A stretch of 50,738 bases of DNA, taken from assembly GCA_900088475.1 (NCBI GenBank), contig FLMG01004307.1, forward strand, positions 1 through 50,738. The letters run 5' to 3'. Numbering within the stretch: the stretch's first letter is position 1; each line of letters starts with the position of its first letter. Below the pieces are notes generated by a model. It did no database searches and was not told the origin of the DNA. It saw only the letters and a list, made by a program, of their open reading frames with translations. Shown piece by piece: positions 24,501-35,915 of the stretch. The stretch is from Hyphochytrium catenoides. Its lineage: Eukaryota; Protista; Hyphochytriomycota. The position numbers were made by a program, and so were the translations under genes.

Positions 24501-27500
24501 GAACCGAGGGCACAAGTCAGGAAGAGAGTGTCGATTCAAGAGAAGAGCAAGAGCCGCGATGGCAAGACGAGCTCCCACTCTAGAGAGCGCGACGACAGGT
24601 GGGAGAGACGAGGACGCACATACAGCCCAACCTAGATGGGGAGCAAGAGCGGGGCAGACGATGTATAGCAAAGAAGGAGAAGATGGCAAAGAAGGAAACA
24701 AGAAAGACCGACCCACAGCCGCAAGCAAACTTTACCTGGAGCATCTCTCCTGAGTTAAGACACAGCTTCTTGTTGTCATCCAGCACAGTGTTCATGTTCT
24801 CAATCCAGATCGCGTCGACGGGGCCATCAAAGACAATCCATTTCCTCTCTGAAGTCGTGGAAGAGGCAGCTTCCCGGTAGAGAGTGGACAGGATGCCGTC
24901 CTGCCATTCGTGCGTGTTCGGGTCGAACTCTCCGTAGAGTTGTCCCATTGTAATAGATTTGGGGTTGAGGCGGTACTGGAGGACGTTCTCATAAGCAAAG
25001 CCCTTCTCATTTCGGGCCTAGGAAAGGGAGCAAAGAGGAATATTGATTAGGAAGAGAGAGAGCGAGAGAGAAAAAGAGCGAGAGAGAGACAGAGGGAGAG
25101 GGAGAGAGAGCAAGAGGGGTAAATTGGCAAAGGCGGAGGTTTTCACGTAGTATCAGTAGCTTGACAAATGCTGAGGCCTCCACTCATAGAAGGAAGACAG
25201 CGAAAGGAGAGAGACGAAAAGAGGTACAGTTGGCAGGAATGAAGCCAACGTAACTGGAGAGAAGCAAACTAGAGCAAGCAACATTCTACCTTCAGCTCCC
25301 CCAAGGCCTCTGCCAGCACTCTGATGTTACTGCTCTTCCCTCCCCCGGTGGGTCCCACCACCATAAGCCCGTGTCTGACGACGATCGTCTCATAGAGTTG
25401 CACGGTCTTTGTTAGGAAGAACGGATGAGGGACAAGGCCCAGTTGCTCTGTCTTCAGCTTCAAGCAAGAGACCAGTGCCCCATAGTTAATGTTGGGCCTC
25501 TTCTTCCCAGGGAACAGGTCAGAGATGATTCCTTCAAAAAGCGGAAGGTCAAAGGAGAGGAACTTCGGGATGTTCACGTCCTGCAGCGCACGCAGGAGTA
25601 AGACTTCTTCGTCAGCATCTGGCTCAGCTCTCTTGAGGTTGCCTGCGGCAGTAATGACGGTCTTGACGGCCCTCATGCCATAGTCGTAGTGGAACTGGGA
25701 CGAAAGCTGCTCAGAACAGAGCTTGAAGGTCGTAACCATCTTTGCGCCCAAGAGGTTGGCCTTTTCAAATCTATGGACATGGTATTAGCAAGAAAAGAGG
25801 ATGACTGTGGCACACAGCTTGAAAAGCACAACTACTATGGTTAGATAGAGCGTCTCCGTCGTGCAAGCAAGAGAGTTATGCGTGCCATGGCAATAAAGAG
25901 GCAGAGTGCAATACAGAGGTCGAGGATGGGCTTACCCATAAGCAAAGAACATGATCTCCCCAATGAGCGCATAATCCGGGACCATCATTGCGACAGGGCG
26001 GAAGAGAGCTGCGAGAGAGTCAGGCAGCTCTGAGCGNNNNNNNNNNNNNNNNNNNNNNNNNNNNNNNNNNNNNNNNNNNNNNNNNNNNNNNNNNNNNNNN
26101 TCAAAGATAATTCTTTCTCTCTTGGCGCGGATGCCAAGCTGTATCGTCATAATCTGCTGACCCACCACCGACAAGACCTCAATGTCAATGCGGTTGAACT
26201 CATCAAAGCATGCCCAAGCTCCACATGAGGCTAAGCCCTAAGAACAACGGGCAGTCAGTGGGTGATAACAAGCCACATAGATGGTTATCAACGCAGTCCC
26301 ATCAGTAGAGAGGCGGCATAAGCTTGTGAGAGCAGCGCAGATGCGACCTCCACATCACTGTTATTAAGAGTATGCTAAAGGAGGAGCTTTGTGCAAGAAG
26401 GCAAAGAAAGCGAGGGCTCTAAGCGATTAGCCGTAGAGATCGGGAGGAAGGGCAAGCAGTCGTCTGTTGAAGGACCTTAAAGAACTTTCCCATGGCGATG
26501 TAGTCCAATCCGTCGGAACAGTTGAACACGACACACTGCTTAGCCAGAGCCTTGGCCAGGTCCTTCGTACTCTCCGTCTTGCCAGTGCCTGCAGGGCCTG
26601 CAGGGGCACCCTACCAAGGACGAAGAAAGAATGAAAAGAGAAACATCCCCAAGATTAGGAAGCAGCCTAGACAGAACAAAAAGGAAAGTGGAACAAAGAC
26701 AAACAAGAGGAGAACAAAGAAGAGGAGGGTTCACTCCTCGGACACCACGCCACCAGGAGTAACCGTTAGCCTTCCAACTTTGTTTGGCCCTCTCTCGTCT
26801 TTCTATACTCCCCTCAATTCCCTCTCTCTCTGTGGTCTTTCTCACTCTCGAGATCTTACCCCGAGAGTCATCTGCAGGGCCCCCATTAGGGTGAGATAGC
26901 ACTTGTCCGTCAGCGGGGTGATGACCAGCCTCATAGAGTTTCCTAAGTATTCGTAGCCGTACGGCCGTCTGCTCGTCACCATCTGCGCGAACATATTCCC
27001 GTCATCCCAGTAATATTTCAGCTGACTGCTCCACATGAAGTCAGACTTGGACGAGACTTTTTCCACTGTTAGTGTCTTTGTCACATCCCGAGCATGCACA
27101 TCAATGACTGTCAGCGCTCCGAGGGTCATCCGGGTGAGTCGAGGAAGTTCTCCACGAACCATCCTCACCATATCCGCGAGTTGGGCCAGCTGTTTATCGT
27201 ACATTTCTAGCACTCCCTTCTCTCCCTTCTCGTCCATATGCTCTTCCATTTCTCGCGTCCAGTGCAATTGACTGCCATTCAGAACGCACTGTCCTGGCCA
27301 GCGTTGGATCCACTTGGTCCTCTCTATCCGAACATATTCTTCTATGGAAAGCGCGAGGACATCTCTGACGGAGGTCTTCATCATCTGCTCCACCTCTAAC
27401 ATCCAGCTCTCGACGTTCTTGCCTCGTGGATCAACTGGAGAAGAGAAGCGCACACTCTCCGTCTCGGCGGATATCATCGCGGTAATAGTTTGATCTTCCT

Positions 27501-30500
27501 CAAAGTTCACTTTGGCAATGCCCTCGAAGCACTTCTTCAAGTGTGGCTGGACCAGCTTGACGTCTTTGGTCTCTGAGAGAATGGACAGAAGCTCATCGTT
27601 GGAGAGAAAGTAGAAGCGTGCAAAGACGGACCGCTTGGTCTCCAGGTAGTCGCTGAGACCCTTCTGGACCTTGAGATGGGAGCGGGGAACGGAAAAGAGT
27701 GTCAGATATGAGCCGAGAACAGTATCAACGACATTTGACTACTTGAGAGTGATGCTCTCTATCTCTCTATCCTCTTTTACCTGCTCCAACAGCTTGCTAC
27801 CCTCTCTGAACCTCTCGAGAAGCTTTTCATTGCTGCAGAACTCCACAGCAAGCGGGTCCAGCTTGGCCTTCGCAAGGGTTTGACGCCAAGTCTTATCGAC
27901 ATTTGAGAACCGCTTTCCCTCGACGGGGAGCTGCTTGTTGATATCTGGAGACTCAAAGATGGGCTAATCGTGCAGGAAGAAAGAGTGTCAGGCTAAAGAG
28001 TTTGCCTTCTGATCACCACGTGATAGAGGAAGCCGATATATGAAGGTGACGACGTAGACCTGAGTGAGGGAAGAGAGTCTAAAAAAGAAGAAGGGGAGAA
28101 GACACAATGCTGCCTGTGCAGCGCGTACTACGCAATTAGCCGAGAAGGACAGGGATGAGAAGGCAAGTCGTTTGGACCTGAAGATACAGCCATCCTCTTT
28201 GAACATTGATCCACTCCTCCAGCACTTCTGAGATCATGACGAGCTTGCTGTTCCACTGCTCGATGCGGCTCTCAAACGGTCCTTTGAAGGCTGAGAACTG
28301 CATGGCTTGGACGAGAGTAATGTGCTAGAGAGACGAGGAAAGCACGTTAGAAAGCTCTTGCCATTTATGCCCTAGAGTGAATAGCATTTAGAGAGAGACA
28401 GAACCTCAGAATAACAGCGGAGAGGGAACAGACACCAAAAGAGTGGCAGTCGCTAACATTACCTCGTCAAGAACGGCCTGGATCTCGTCGACGGCCTTCA
28501 GAATGTAGGTTCCTGTCTCTCTATAGGAGATTATGTTCAGCTTGATCCCTGCCCAGATACTATCCATGTTATTGAGCGCCTTTTCTATCTGATACTCTTT
28601 CCCGGCTGATTCGCTCACTTTGGTCACCAAGTCAATGTGACTCTGAAGACCGATCTCCATCAGTTGATTTAAGGTTAGGCTCTCATCCGGGACGAGAGAG
28701 AGCTGCGTTTGGCGGCTGATGTCTGCCCAATGTCTCTCTCTGAGCCCAGGGTTCCTGAGGGCGATGATGAGAGGGACAAACGGTCTGAAATCTGAGATTT
28801 GGTTCTTTATGTTGGAGGCGATAGCCGCGTGGTCTTCCAGTTCATTGTTGACGAAGAATTTGTACACCTTAGAAATCCCGTTTAGTTGCATCTCCACCTC
28901 CTTCTCTACGACTTCACCGTCCAGCTGCGTGAAGCTATTGACGAACAGAGGTGTGAGCTCAGCGCAGCAGTGATTTTGCTAGGGACAGTACAGAGGAGGC
29001 AGAGGACGTTGAGGTAGAACGATTGTGGCAAGGGAAGAAGGAGGAGCTGCACGTTTGGGAGGAAGTGTCTTTAAAGCAGAAGGACTGACGAAGGCAGTAA
29101 AAGGCTCATTCGTGTAGGAGATAGTCCGGGAGACGTAGAAGAAAGAAAGCTAAGTGAATAGGAATAGCCTTACCTTCCCGTCGTCCAAAGCTTATGTGAG
29201 TTAATCCACTGCCTGGTGACGGTCCAGAGCTGATAGTATGGATCAAACTCCTTCTTCATCATGGCCAGCGCCATATAATCCGTAGCAGGCTTCTCAAAGA
29301 GTGCCTCCCGACTGTTGAAAAGTGTCGCGTTATCCTGCGCTCTCTTCAACTTCAGATCTAGCGTCTGCACAGCCTCAAATGCGTCTTCATAGGCATCCAA
29401 ATCCAATAACTTATTGAGACTTTTGATCTCTTCATGCAGAGCCATAAGGTTGGCCTTGAAGTGCGTCTGTTCGACGGTCATTTGGTCAGAGAAAGAGACC
29501 TTTTTGTCTTGTATGACGCCATGAGCGGCACGAAACTGCTCTGCAATCTTTGAAGACCAGCCACAGACACTCCAGAGTTGTCCCAGCTGCTGAGGTGTCT
29601 GTCGGTGCTGCAGATCATCCAGCACTTTATACTGGGCTTTGAGATCCAGAACCTCCTTTTCGAGGGGAGAAAGAAGAGAGGGGACGCTAGCCATATACTC
29701 CTGCATCTCGACAAGCTCCTCAATGTTTTTAGGGATGAGACAAAGCTTTTCATGGATGCTCGCTAGCTGCCTATACAAAGTTTCAGCGTGCAAGTAGGTG
29801 CTCTCTTTGTGGAGGTGGATTAGCCGTTTGATGATCTCCTCATGTTTCCCCACGAGCGCTGCTCGAGTCGCTCTCACATCAACTGCAAACAGTCCCAAGT
29901 CGAGTGGCTCTAACGGAAGATCAATACTTAGTTGCTGAATAGCCTCTCTGTGTCGCTGAATGAGGCTCTGAAGCTCCTCCACAGAAATTGTGAGTGCCTG
30001 CCTTGGCGGGGAGGAGTCCACGAGGGAAGAAGGCTCGGACGCTTGCTCTCTGACACTCTGCCTTCGGTCTGCTACCGCCTCTCCATCGTCTTCTTTCTCT
30101 TCAGACTCTACAACCTTAGCAAAGGTGCTCAGGTACGTTTCCAGATCGAGATTGAGAAAGTCTCGGTACTTCACAAAGAGCTTCAGGTAGGAGTCCAGCG
30201 GCTCAATGCCCTTCTCCGCGCACTTCATTGTCCTCTCTTTCGTTTCTTGCACCCATTTCTCCTCGGCAGACACACTCTTCACGCAGTCCAAGTTAGGCCA
30301 GTACAAATGATCCATGACTAGTCTTTCCAGCAAAGGAAGCTCTCCTAAAAGCTTCATTGTATGGTCCAAATGTTCCCCTATTCGCGAGATAAAAAGCGCG
30401 GGCTCTACGTTATAGATGAAAGAATGGCCGATGAGAGGCTCGATAGGAGCTATTGGGCACTGGACAGCCTCTTCACCTTCCGTGTCGTTGGCAGCTTTCT

Positions 30501-32546
30501 TTCCTTCGCCATCTTTACTCTTCTCCTGCTTCGCTACTTTCTGCTTCTCTTTCTCTGCGTTGTGTTCGGCCCACCAGTCGGCAATCTCCTTCTGATTAGC
30601 GGCTACCTCTGCCTCATTGATAACATGAGGAGAGGGAGAGACTATGATGGAAATAGCAAACAGAGGAGGCGCTATTTTGCCTTTATAATAAACTGGAGTC
30701 CGCGAGACAATGACCGAGTTCGTGCCCACGATGTTGAGATCAAACGCCGCAGCTCCCTCTATGAATGCGTAGTAGCTTGCTAAGACATTGGCAGTGATGA
30801 TCCTTACCGTGTCCTGCACGGCAAGGTTTGCTCTCTTCATAAGTGAGAGAAGCGAAGAAGCTTCATAGTTGACTCGTTTAATCTCATTGAGATTATACGC
30901 GGGACAGCCTTCTAATGCATAGCGCACCTGTTTGCTGCTGCGCACTATCCACTCCTCCACGAGGCGATGAGTTCCATTCTTGGTAGCTAATAGCTGAGTC
31001 TCGGCAAACTCCTCCAGAGAGACAGAGCGCACCACTTCCGGTTCAGCGCCTTGGGAGAGTAGCAACGAGTGACGCGTGTGGACGATGGGAATGGTAATCG
31101 CTATGTCGCAGTAAAATCTAACAGCCGTCATAGCGGCTATCGCCTCTGCAGAGACCAGGAAGGTGCGCGAGAGAAAGTCTGCTGTCTGAGCCTTTCTGTC
31201 ATAGTGCGGGACCGCCACAACCCCAACCAGAGGGGCATTAGGAGGAAGACGTGGCGGAGGAAGCTTGAGCAAAGGGAAGTCCTGAAGACAGTTCTCCGCG
31301 TTTGCCTCAAAGACAAGTTGATTCATCACCTGCTTGTACCGCTCCACCACCTCGTCCAACAGAGCCGTTGCTAATGGCGTCTCAACCAGTCGAGGAGAGG
31401 CAAAGACGGAGTAGAAGATGCGATCCACGATCTCCTGAGTAAGGGTGGCAGAGGTATCTGCCGGCATGCAAGATGAGATAAGGATAAGGCGAAGCTTCTG
31501 TGCGGCAACCTCCCGGCTGTGAAGTGCGAACAGCAACCGTGAGAGGACGTTTCGACGATCCTCTTGGGGAAAACAGAGAAAGAGTCGTGGCAAAGACTTT
31601 GGACGAGGAGTAGGGCCCTCAGCTGACGAGGATTGATCAGAGGGAAGGTCCAACCACTCCACATCGAAAACTTCTCTCTTCTCATCGTAAGCTAGCACCT
31701 TACATCGCTGCCACCAAAGAAGAGAGCGCCCGTCGTGACCTAGCCCTAGTCCTGCAGCACTTACTGGTCCGTCTTTGAGCCAGTCCCGTACATCCGCCTT
31801 AGGCTCAAAATCTCTATTGTCATAGAGATAAAGAGGAAGCTCAGACGCCGAAAGAATGGTCTCCTTATAGGGAGAGAGGAGCTCTGACATAGCCCATACA
31901 ATATCTGGACCTTCTCGCAGCTTTCGCTGATATTCTTGCTCCTCCGTCTCCTTGGCCAGCCTCGACTTCGTAGCATTGCTCTGGATCCGCACTCCGGCGA
32001 TGGATTTCTTCAAGGGAGAGCTATGTGCATTAGAGGTAACGGACTTCTGAGCGGGAGCCGGAGGTCGAGCCTCTGTGCTGGAAGAGTGAGCATGCTTCTT
32101 AGGAAGAGAGCCCAGAAGTATCTGTTCCAGAGTGACCTCTCCCCCGCCTGGAGACAGAAAGCTGGAGGAAGCAGAAGAAGAGAATGACTTGCTTCCATTG
32201 TTGCCACTTTCTTGGTTGTAAGACTCCTCATACTCCTTTAGCTGGTCAAACAGCGCACTTCCAATGTCAGACGTAGTGGACTTGTTACTGCCAGAACCGG
32301 GGCCCTCTTGCCTGCCAGACTTGACCTTGGCCTTCTAACGGATGCAGATGGGAGCGGACAGGGTTATGAGCATAACGGACCAGATCGGAAGACGCGAAAC
32401 GAGAGGCAACGTAGGTTAGGAAAGTAGCGGAGCATGGAAGGGAAGACACAACGATGTTAATAGTAAGAGCAGACATTCCGCGGGAAAGGAAAGAGGGTAA
32501 GGCCTCGGGACGCCCTTACCTTGTGCTTGACGTCTGCCTTCTGCAT
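11718..32546 (-). CDS. DNAH1: Axonemal inner-arm dynein heavy chain, DNAH1 (Chlamydomonas DHC2 / dynein d)-like, at least 35 exons
   Basis: Motifs: AAA1 GPAGTGKT and CFDEFNR, AAA2 GPTGGGKS and [14 protein letters not shown]3 YVDDLNMP (its P-loop falls in a gap), AAA4 GVGGSGRQS, stalk/MTBD ([10 protein letters not shown]...ICMWARA), AAA5 [17 protein letters not shown]6 WVLLQNCHL and [12 protein letters not shown]-terminal [12 protein letters not shown], and a DNAH1-type N-terminus ([12 protein letters not shown]...[10 protein letters not shown]...[12 protein letters not shown]). Exons read by eye, in transcript order: 32546-32520, 32334-29174, 28934-28463, 28324-28178, 27963-27781, 27669-26860, 26610-26476, 26237-25936, 25770-25290, 25017-24736, 24496-23774 (gap inside), 23595-gap, 23203-22786, 22664-22425, 22255-22115, 21845-21698, 21427-21123, 20953-20768, 20429-20304, 20121-19924, 19700-19461, 19149-18946, 18741-18460, 18104-17786, 17711-17512, 17156-16917, 16604-16109, 15780-15581, 15175-14744, 14416-14241, 14064-13899, 13653-13240, 12976-12746, 12447-12167, 11928-11718. 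All visible junctions are GT-AG and frame-compatible. The 9-codon first exon and the paralogue assignment are less certain than the family call. Confidence 0.95.
15436..15560. repeat. ~20-nt minisatellite (GAAAGAGGGAGAGAGAGTGT)n, about 5 imperfect copies, in a dynein intron
   Basis: Directly visible tandem units. Confidence 0.8.
18761..18812. repeat. 17-nt tandem repeat x3 (GAAGAAGGGAAGAGAGA) forming the polypyrimidine tract of a dynein intron
   Basis: Three units between the branch-point-like CTAAC (+ strand GTTAG at 18817-18821) and the acceptor at 18742. Confidence 0.85.
21902..21993. repeat. Perfect 46-nt tandem duplication in a dynein intron
   Basis: GTGGATAGCTCATTCGTCCTTCTCTTCTCTCTCTCTTTCTCCATTC at 21902 and 21948. 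Confidence 0.92.
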
Positions 32547-33574
32547 GCTGCCAAGGAGGAAGCAGATCTGAAGGGCGGACCGGAGCTTTGTCGACTGCTT
32601 TCGTGCCGACTTGGCCCAAGGCCTTCTAATGCCGGGTTTTTCTGCCTATACGCCTCTGGCGGCCAGACATGGCTCTACCGTTGGTGAATTACTTTTGAAG
32701 GCCGCTGACTGCCAACCCTTAACCGCAATGTCAGCAAGCTCTGGCGGTGTAGTGCGGCAGCCCTGAGACGGTGAGGGGATCCAAACTCCTTGCTGCTGAT
32801 GGTGCATGCGCTCTCTGGTGCCCGCGTTCCTCAGGTTTGGACTCTCATCTTTTCTTTTTCTTCTCCATAGACTGCTCTCTCTCTCTCTCTCTCTCGTGCT
32901 CCTGTCAAACTCTCCCCTCTCTGGTTGTCTCTCTCTCTCTCTCCTTCGCTCTCTCTCTCTCTCCTTTACACTCTCTCTCTCTCTCCGTCCTTCTCTCATC
33001 TCCCTCTCTCTCTCTCTCTCTCTCTCCCCCTCTCTCTCCACTCCCTTCTCTGAGTGTCATCAGCTGTAACGTTCGCGATATGCCTTTGAGAGCCTCTGTT
33101 CCTAATCTGCACCGTGTCCTTTCGTTTTCAATAAATTCGGAATCCTTCAGTAAGTTCCATGAAAAAAGGGCTTGGCTGTAATTACTCTTACGCTCCAAGA
33201 AACTATAATTGCAATCTCTCGTCATCAGAAAGCTTCATAAACTCCAGGGGATTTCCTGGATGGCCAGGAGGATATAGAATCTGCAGGATTGTAGATGCGG
33301 CTATAATGTAGAGATGTCCATCATCATCATCACATCGCGCTGCTTGGCTTATTATTGGCTCCATTGCAGCCTCTGAGCCCCTGCTCACTTGCCGTGCCGA
33401 TAGCTTCGCCGTCAAGATCCGTCACAGAAGGGACAGAACAGCTGGCACACTGCGCGGCAGATGTGAGTCGTGGAAGTCTCATGGTTCGTGGGAGAGCCCG
33501 TCCTCAAGAGTTAATCATGGGCGGCAAGATTATCGCAGTTTGCCGTTATTGTTATTGTCAATGAACACTAAGGG

Positions 33575-35915
33575 TCAGTCTCGCTCTCTTCTAACTCTTT
33601 CGCGGCCCTCCTACGCTTCTTCCTGTCGCTCTTCTCCTTCAGCACCTTTGTTATTGCGCCGTTTATCTAATGAGACACAAGCGCAGTTCGAAAAGCAGAG
33701 CGTTAGCAGCGCCACTCCGGAATTCGCAACAGAATCAAAACATCTACCGACCCTTTGCACTTCCTGCCGCATGTGGTCTGCCAGCTTTTTAATCTCAACT
33801 CGGCCAGGGATGAGGTGAAAACCGTCAATGGGTTCATGAGCTCCATCGTCTTTTGCCAGAGAAAGGAAGAAAGAGTAACGAAACGTGACGTGATAGTCAG
33901 AATCTGAACGCTGCCACAACAGGTTAGGCCGAGCTACCTCTAGTACTTCGTCGTAGACCGGACTCTGCTTTCGCAATCACTTTGATGTAGGTCTGCCTAG
34001 GAAGGCTACAAAGAAGAGAAACAAGAGTGAGAGGGTTGGGTCGTTAGGAACAAGCGACCTAACTATTCATAGGGAGAGATTGCTATGGTATGACGTAGGG
34101 AGTGCACTCTCAGTGCCTTCAACATGGACCGTCACGTACAATTCTTCATTTTCGAGCACCAATGGAAACTCCCTTGAGGGATCAATTTCGACTACTCTGC
34201 AGCTTCTTTCACCTCGTGGGTCCCCAGCTGTGAACACCTGCGTCATACATTCTTGTCAGTTAAACGGAATCTCAGAACGACATGGAAGGTTAAGGTGACA
34301 TGTGAAGGCTCAAAGATGGCTAGCTGAGAAAGCTTGAAGGGATTGTGCACAGTAAGGAGCGAAGAAGAGATGGATACAGGGCAAAGCCCAATAAGGAACT
34401 GCTAGAATTTGGAACAGGGTTACTGCGATAGGAATAGTTCAGAGGCCGTGCACTGACGGGCGATCGATAGAATATAGTGTCTCCAGCATAGAGTCTCGGT
34501 CTATTCTTCGACGACACGTTTGAAGGAGCCACCGCAAACTTTAATGGATCATCCTCATCATCCGTTAGCTCCTCCTTAGCCAGTCGCCGTTTACGCTTCG
34601 CTGCCTTTTTCTCTCCTTTCTTTATCTGCTTCTCAAGAGAGAGTGCTGCTTCTAGATACTGTCGAAAGAGCAGAGTGAGACACGTCAGGGTTGTAAGAGA
34701 GTGCGGATCCCAGGAAGCTTAGTATAGGGAGAAGTTGTTCCCACAGCGTACCATGTCAACTTCCTTCCGCGCATCTACCCAGTCATTCTTTTGGTTAACA
34801 TGCCTTTTGAGCCAGGAACTGTCAGTTGTCTGTCTCAGTCTGATCCTTGACGGTCCAGAGTCATCAAACTGCAGCAGACCCTTAAGCTCCCTTAATAAAC
34901 TGAAAAGAAGAGCACGTGAGCCACAGTCATATGCATGCAAGTTAATATTGATAGTGCTTCTTACTAGTACGGCTTCTTCAGCGGAAAGAGCTGAAGGATA
35001 ACGGAGCCTGTCGTGGAGACGATTAGTGTCTAGAGTATGCAGTACAGAGGGAGCAACCATTCCTTGAAGAAAATGCAAGAACTGAAGCTAAAAAAGGTGA
35101 GGAAGGATCAACAAAGAGAGAAAGACTACCAATAAAGGCTCCAGGACAAATATAGAGAAGAGTCAGAGGGTAAACGATATGGACATGAGTGAAAGGGAGC
35201 CCGCAATGGGAGGGCAGCGTTATGATATTGGGGAAGGATTGATTATGAGCAGCCTGTTTACCTTGGGGGACCGGCCAAAACTTGTTGAGTTTCTTGTTGC
35301 TCATTTGAAGCGTGGGATCAATAATCTATAGAGGTCAGTGATAAGAACCGAGGACCGAGTGGCAAGGCTAGAAGACGAGATGGACTATGGAACTTCCTGC
35401 GTCGTGGAGATCTTACTCACCTTGGCTGGCCACCAGAGCCCATTATCATCTCGTTGAACCCATCGTAAGGAGCTCAACCGACAATCCTCCAAAGGTTCGA
35501 CATGGGCCAGTAGCTCCTCTTCTGGTTCCTTCCGCTTCACCTTTTTCGGTTTCGGCAGTGTAGCTTTTTTCTCCTCCTGCTGCCGGAGGCGCACTACTCG
35601 ACCAGATCGTGTAGTTGAAGTTGCAGCGCAGGTGTCAGAGGGCTGAGAGTCTTGGGTGGCAAAGTCCCCATCAGTTTCGTCTACCGTCTGCTGTGACAGA
35701 CAGTTTCCTCTATCCTCATTCTCAAACCTATGGAGGGGATGCAATCAATTGATCTGAAATACGATCGGAGAAGCACGACAAAGTTGAGCCTACCCCGGAC
35801 TCTGAGTGGCCAGCCTGCAGGATTTAACAACAGTGCGCCTAATGGTATCTAGTGGCGACGCCTTCGATAGCACGTCTTCCAGCCCCAGGCCCACAGCCTC
35901 CTCATCAGAGTCCAT
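33575..35915 (-). CDS. PWWP-domain nuclear protein with a C-terminal uncharacterised 'GD.IFY...F.AGDPRG' domain (about 9 exons)
   Basis: ATG at 35915 (MDSDEEAVGL...). The PWWP motif LRWVQRDDNGLWWPAK|IIDP spans a phase-0 intron. There are basic NLS-like runs (KRKRR, RKKRRR). The C-terminal region reads RLYAGDTIFYRSP|VFTAGDPRGERSCRVVEIDPSREFPLVLENEEL...PIDGFHLIPG, and the last exon is INGAITKVLKEKSDRKKRRRAAKRVRRERD with TGA at 33577-33575. One internal junction (~35260 to ~35080) is unresolved. Confidence 0.7.

Noticed and set aside
32148-32192. Possible 45-nt GC-AG intron in the large dynein exon
   Set aside because: It is in frame, stop-free and reads as an ordinary Ser-rich linker, so no intron needs to be invoked without transcript data.
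11929-32519. Introner-type transposon origin of the dynein introns
   Set aside because: The introns share no sequence similarity beyond microsatellites and splice signals, and show no terminal inverted repeats or uniform length.
32520-32810. TAG codons flanked by open frames upstream of the dynein, suggesting stop-codon reassignment
   Set aside because: All conserved exons of dynein, INTS6 and AspH translate without internal stops in the standard code. The TAGs next to exons are splice acceptors, and TAG, TAA and TGA all end genes here.
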